In this document: piece by piece, positions 32,024 to 35,328 of the stretch
How the letters are laid out: each line of letters opens with the position of its first letter
How positions within the stretch are numbered: position 1 is the first letter of the stretch
Origin: a virus
Length of the DNA stretch: 35,328 nucleotides
Reading direction: 5' to 3' (one strand)
IMG/VR virus record: IMGVR_UViG_2802429215_000001
Location: 1-35,328 of that record
The notes under the pieces: generated by a model
What the model saw: only the letters and a program-made list of their open reading frames with translations
The model's database searches: none
Told to the model about the DNA's origin: nothing
Made by a program: the position numbers and the translations under genes

Positions 32024-32255
32024 AATTAAATTTGAGCTTAATCGAGCAGGTGTTGCCGAATTAATGAAGTCAAGTGCTATGCAAGAAATTTTAACAGAAG
32101 AAGCTGGTCGCATACGTAATAAATGCGGTGACGGTTACGAACAAGATGTTTATGTCGGGCGAAATCGTGCAAATGCAATGATAACAGCCAGCAGTTTTAA
32201 AGCCAAAAGAGATAACTTGAAAAATAATACTCTTTTGAAGGCGGTGAGCAAGTGA
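32007..32255 (+). CDS. Tail-component (HK97 gp10-like) protein
   Basis: Position in the connector block. The start is TTG at 32007 or ATG at 32016. Confidence 0.5.
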   Translation: MNDMSKIKFELNRAGVAELMKSSAMQEILTEEAGRIRNKCGDGYEQDVYVGRNRANAMITASSFKAKRDNLKNNTLLKAVSK

Positions 32256-32587
32256 TTGAATTGATTTTAAAACAATTTTTGGACAGTCGTCTTGAGGTAC
32301 CTGTTTTGCTAGAAAAAGAACGAAAACTAACAGGTAAATTCGTTATTTTTGAAAAAACGGGTGGCAGTAGTTTGAATCAGTTAAAAAGAGCTACGATTGC
32401 TGTCCAAAGCTATGCTGATTCATTATACGAAGCTGCACTGCTTAACGAAGAGGTTAAAACGGTAATGAGTAATCTTGTTGAGGTCACTAACGTCTCTGGC
32501 GTTAGTCTCAACAGTGATTACAATTTTACTGATGCAGAAACTAAACAATATCGCTATCAAGCGGTGTTTGATATTAATTATTGTTAA
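32252..32587 (+). CDS. Tail completion protein
   Basis: GTG start overlapping the previous stop. Immediately upstream of the major tail protein. Confidence 0.5.
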   Translation: MIELILKQFLDSRLEVPVLLEKERKLTGKFVIFEKTGGSSLNQLKRATIAVQSYADSLYEAALLNEEVKTVMSNLVEVTNVSGVSLNSDYNFTDAETKQYRYQAVFDINYC

Positions 32588-32598
32588 AGGAGAAAATA

Positions 32599-33177
32599 AT
32601 GGGGACAAATAATGCAAGTAACGTAACTTCCGCAAAACCTAAAGTCGGTGGTGGTATTTTTAGTGCACCTTTGGGAACTGCGTTGCCAACTGATGCAACG
32701 ACTGCTCTAAATGCAGCGTTTAAGAACCTTGGCTTTGTTTCAGATGATGGTGTAACCAATTCTGATGAACGTTCAAGTGACGATATTCAAGCTTGGGGCG
32801 GAAGCGTCGTTAATTCTGTTCAAAAAGAAAAGAAAGACACTTTCAAATATACGCTTATCGAAGCTTTGAACGTTGATGTTCTCAAAGAAGTTTACGGCGG
32901 AGACAATGTAACAGGAACTCTTGAAACAGGTATCACTATCAAATCAAACGCAAATGAGTTAGCACCTCATTCGATTGTTATTGACACAGTTCTTAAGGGT
33001 AACGCATTAAAACGTATTGTCTTGCCAAATGCGAAAGTTACTGAAGTTGGCGAAATTAAGTATGGGCATGCGGACAATGTCGGCTACGAAACAACAGTAG
33101 CATGTTATCCAGACGAAAATGGTAACACGCACTACGAATATATTATTCGTCAAGCTGCAGCAGGAGGAGAAGGGTAA
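32599..33177 (+). CDS. Major tail protein
   Basis: ATG at 32599 after AAAGGAG. 192 aa. Followed by the G/T chaperone pair and the tape measure gene. Confidence 0.8.
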   Translation: MGTNNASNVTSAKPKVGGGIFSAPLGTALPTDATTALNAAFKNLGFVSDDGVTNSDERSSDDIQAWGGSVVNSVQKEKKDTFKYTLIEALNVDVLKEVYGGDNVTGTLETGITIKSNANELAPHSIVIDTVLKGNALKRIVLPNAKVTEVGEIKYGHADNVGYETTVACYPDENGNTHYEYIIRQAAAGGEG

Positions 33178-33180
33178 TTT

Positions 33181-33435
33181 ATGATTAAAGGTACAACATC
33201 ATCTGGTTTTAAATTTGAAATCGATGAAAAACAGTTAAAAAACTATGAATTTGTTGAATTAATTAGCGAAGTTGATGAAAATGAGCTATTAATGCCTAAA
33301 ATTTTGAAAATGTTGCTTGGAGACCAAGTAAAAGCTTTGAAAGACCATGTCCGTGACGAAGATGGAATTGTTCCAATCGAAAAAATGGTCGAAGAAATCA
33401 AAGACATTTTTGGGAATGCTCAAGTAAAAAACTAG
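33181..33435 (+). CDS. Tail assembly chaperone (gpG-like)
   Basis: Acidic 84-aa protein between the major tail and tape measure genes. It ends at a slippery heptamer. Confidence 0.75.
   Translation: MIKGTTSSGFKFEIDEKQLKNYEFVELISEVDENELLMPKILKMLLGDQVKALKDHVRDEDGIVPIEKMVEEIKDIFGNAQVKN
33426..33432 (+). promoter_or_regulatory. -1 programmed ribosomal frameshift slippery heptamer A_AAA_AAC
   Basis: gtA AAA AAC tag in the G frame. The -1 frame is open from here through 33830 (KKLAILASMIKTDED...). Confidence 0.65.
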
Positions 33436-33830
33436 CTATCCTCGCTAGCATGATAAAGACAGATGAAGACGCTCTGATTTGCGACTTAGCGGAAACTTAC
33501 CACATATATAACTACAGACAGCTACCAGCAGATTTGGTGGCTGTTTTTTCTGTAGGATTGCGTGATGATTCGCGAATCAAGATGAAGATGTCTGGTCAAA
33601 AAATACCTTTAAAAACTTTATTATTAGCGAGTATTGCTGATAGAGTTGGTATTTTGGCTTGGCAGAACACAAAAGACGGCCACGAAGGACGCAACGTTCC
33701 AAAATCACTAGTTGAAAGCATGACTAGCGAGCCAAAAGAGCGTGAAGAATCTGTTTTTGATTCTGGTGAGGAATTCAAGAAAGCTAGAGCACGAATTTTG
33801 AAAGATTTGGAGGTAAATAATGGCAACTGA
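33432..33830 (+). CDS. gpT-like extension, expressed as a G-T fusion by a -1 frameshift
   Basis: The downstream ORF lies in the -1 frame relative to the gpG-like gene and has no convincing RBS of its own. This is the conserved G/T arrangement of long-tailed phages. Confidence 0.6.
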   Translation, partial: LAILASMIKTDEDALICDLAETYHIYNYRQLPADLVAVFSVGLRDDSRIKMKMSGQKIPLKTLLLASIADRVGILAWQNTKDGHEGRNVPKSLVESMTSEPKEREESVFDSGEEFKKARARILKDLEVNNGN

Positions 33831-35328
33831 ATTAGGTAAAGCATATGTCCAAATCATTCCATCTGCTAAAGGTATTAGCGGTTCGATTACTGGTGCAATT
33901 TCACCAGAAGCAACATCTGCGGGTAAAACTGCTGGATCTAACTTAAGTTCTACGCTTATCAAAACTGCAACTAGCGCTATTGCTGCTGCAGGAATTGGTA
34001 AAGTATTTGCTTCTTCAATTACTGAAGGTGGAGCATTACAACAATCTATCGGTGGTATTCAAACGCTTTTTAAAGATTCCGCACAAACGGTTTTGAATTA
34101 TGCTCAACAATCATATAAATCTGCTGGTATGTCAGCTAATGCCTACATGGAGAACGTTACATCGTTCTCTGCTAGCTTGATTAGTTCGCTTGGTGGTGAC
34201 ACTGCTAAAGCTGCAGAACTAGCCAACATGGCAATGACAGATATGAGCGACAACGCGAATAAAATGGGTACAGATATGGACTCTATCACTCAAACATATC
34301 AATCACTTGCTCGCGGTAACTACGCTATGTTGGATAACCTTAAGTTAGGTTATGGTGGTACAAAATCCGAAATGGAACGCTTGATGAAAGATGCCGAAAA
34401 GCTAACTGGTGAACATTACACTGTTGGAGATTTCGCAGATACTGTTAAAGCAATCCATGCTGTACAAGATAGCCTTGGCATTACAGGTACGACAGCACGA
34501 GAAGCTTCGACTACAATCGAAGGTTCTTTTAATTCCATGAAAGCAGCTTGGCAAGATGTTATTGGGAATATCGCAGACGGTGAACTAGATATCACACCTT
34601 CGCTTCAAGGTTTAGCTGAAACAACTTCAACATTTTTGTTCAGCAATTTCATACCAATGGTAGGTCGTGTGTTCTCAGGTTTGCCTAGCGCGATAGGAAC
34701 GTTTATTCAAGCGGCAGCACCTCAGATTCAGCAGAATCTACAAGATTTATTTTCTGGTCTGGGTATCAATATCGATTTTTCTAGCATGATTGCTGGAATG
34801 ACATCTAGTTTTTCTCAAATTCAAGCAACAGTACAGCCTGTTATTGACGGGTTGAAAACAGCATTTGGACAATTACCTGCGCTGTTTCAATCAGTTGTCA
34901 GTGCTGCACAGCCAGTTATTCAAACGTTGGTTAACGGGTTCACGCAAATGGATTTTAGTGGTATTCAATCTTTGATTGAATCTATTATTCCAGCTCTACA
35001 AGCTGGGTTTGAGCAATTTATGACAATCGCAGGACCAGCTATTGACCAAGTTGTCCAATCGTTTGTCGCATTGTGGAATGCAGCTCAACCGTTGGTAAGT
35101 ATTTTAGCTAGCGCATTAACGCCTGCATTCCAAGTTTTAGGCTCATTCTTAGGTGGTGTGTTTAGCGGCGTTTTGACAGGAATAAGCACTGTTTTCAACA
35201 TTTTAAAAGGTGTTATTGAATTTTTAACACCTATCATTCAAGCAGTTGTAAATGTGTTCTCGTCAATGCAACCAGTTTTAAGTACAGTCGCTGAAAAAGC
35301 AGGTTTTGTTGTCGGAATGTTTACGAAC
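33820..35328 (+). CDS. Tail tape measure protein, N-terminal part (runs off the window; continues at position 100 via the circular junction)
   Basis: The ATG at 33820 overlaps the gpT stop. The frame is open to the window end. Motif QSLARGNYAMLDNLKLGYGGTKSEMERL. The total reconstructed ORF is 2376 nt including the stop codon. Confidence 0.85.
   Translation, partial: MATELGKAYVQIIPSAKGISGSITGAISPEATSAGKTAGSNLSSTLIKTATSAIAAAGIGKVFASSITEGGALQQSIGGIQTLFKDSAQTVLNYAQQSYKSAGMSANAYMENVTSFSASLISSLGGDTAKAAELANMAMTDMSDNANKMGTDMDSITQTYQSLARGNYAMLDNLKLGYGGTKSEMERLMKDAEKLTGEHYTVGDFADTVKAIHAVQDSLGITGTTAREASTTIEGSFNSMKAAWQDVIGNIADGELDITPSLQGLAETTSTFLFSNFIPMVGRVFSGLPSAIGTFIQAAAPQIQQNLQDLFSGLGINIDFSSMIAGMTSSFSQIQATVQPVIDGLKTAFGQLPALFQSVVSAAQPVIQTLVNGFTQMDFSGIQSLIESIIPALQAGFEQFMTIAGPAIDQVVQSFVALWNAAQPLVSILASALTPAFQVLGSFLGGVFSGVLTGISTVFNILKGVIEFLTPIIQAVVNVFSSMQPVLSTVAEKAGFVVGMFTN
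35230..35328. repeat. Terminal overlap copy 2 (identical to 1..99)
   Basis: Read directly. The overlap keeps reading frame 1 of the tape measure ORF continuous (35328 corresponds to position 99). Confidence 0.95.

Larger units (their letters stand above)
1..35328. mobile_element. Complete temperate siphovirus (prophage-type) genome, circularly closed contig
   Basis: Full set of phage modules: tail, lysis, integrase/repressor, replication, packaging, head. The 99-nt terminal overlap joins the two halves of the tape measure ORF in frame. Confidence 0.9.

Overview
The window is one complete temperate siphovirus (long non-contractile tail) genome. It is AT-rich with Lactobacillales-style GGAGG ribosome-binding sites. 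The first 99 nt (1-99) are identical to the last 99 nt (35230-35328), so the unit genome is about 35,229 bp and circularly closed, and the tape measure gene runs across the junction.

Gene order on the + strand unless noted:
- Tail tip: tape measure C-terminus, an enlarged Dit, and a 1579-aa Tal/receptor-binding fusion.
- Lysis cassette: a small membrane protein, a holin, and a signal-peptide GH25 + 2x LysM endolysin.
- An autonomous moron block of five small genes. It is driven by a duplicated 62-bp cassette that carries a perfect consensus promoter with an embedded palindrome.
- attP region.
- Lysogeny module on the - strand: tyrosine integrase, a three-repeat Ltp-like superinfection-exclusion protein, a 93-aa ORF, and a cI-like repressor.
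- Divergent genetic switch, Cro-like gene, a 336-nt structured leader, and a Xis-like HTH gene.
- Replication and recombination: DnaD-like replisome organizer with internal iterons, RecT, DUF1351-like protein, SSB, RusA.
- A run of small early genes, including two tandem YopX paralogs.
- A 377-nt non-coding gap, a late activator-like HTH protein, and an HNH endonuclease.
- A GC-rich candidate cos region.
- Morphogenesis: portal, MuF-like head protein with a toxin-like C-terminus, a CPCC-type zinc-ribbon gene, terminase large subunit, scaffold, major capsid, connectors, major tail protein, G/T chaperones with a -1 frameshift site, and the tape measure N-terminus.

No rRNA gene, complete tRNA gene, CRISPR array or transposase was seen.

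The most interesting items are:
- the MuF-toxin-like fusion with its overlapping CPCC gene;
- the moron cassettes;
- several strand-specific RNA structures and mini transcription units around the lysogeny and early region;
- an exact 18-bp repeat bracketing the lysogeny module;
- the unusual portal-before-terminase order with no recognisable small terminase.

All family assignments come from motif recognition by eye. None was verified by a database search.
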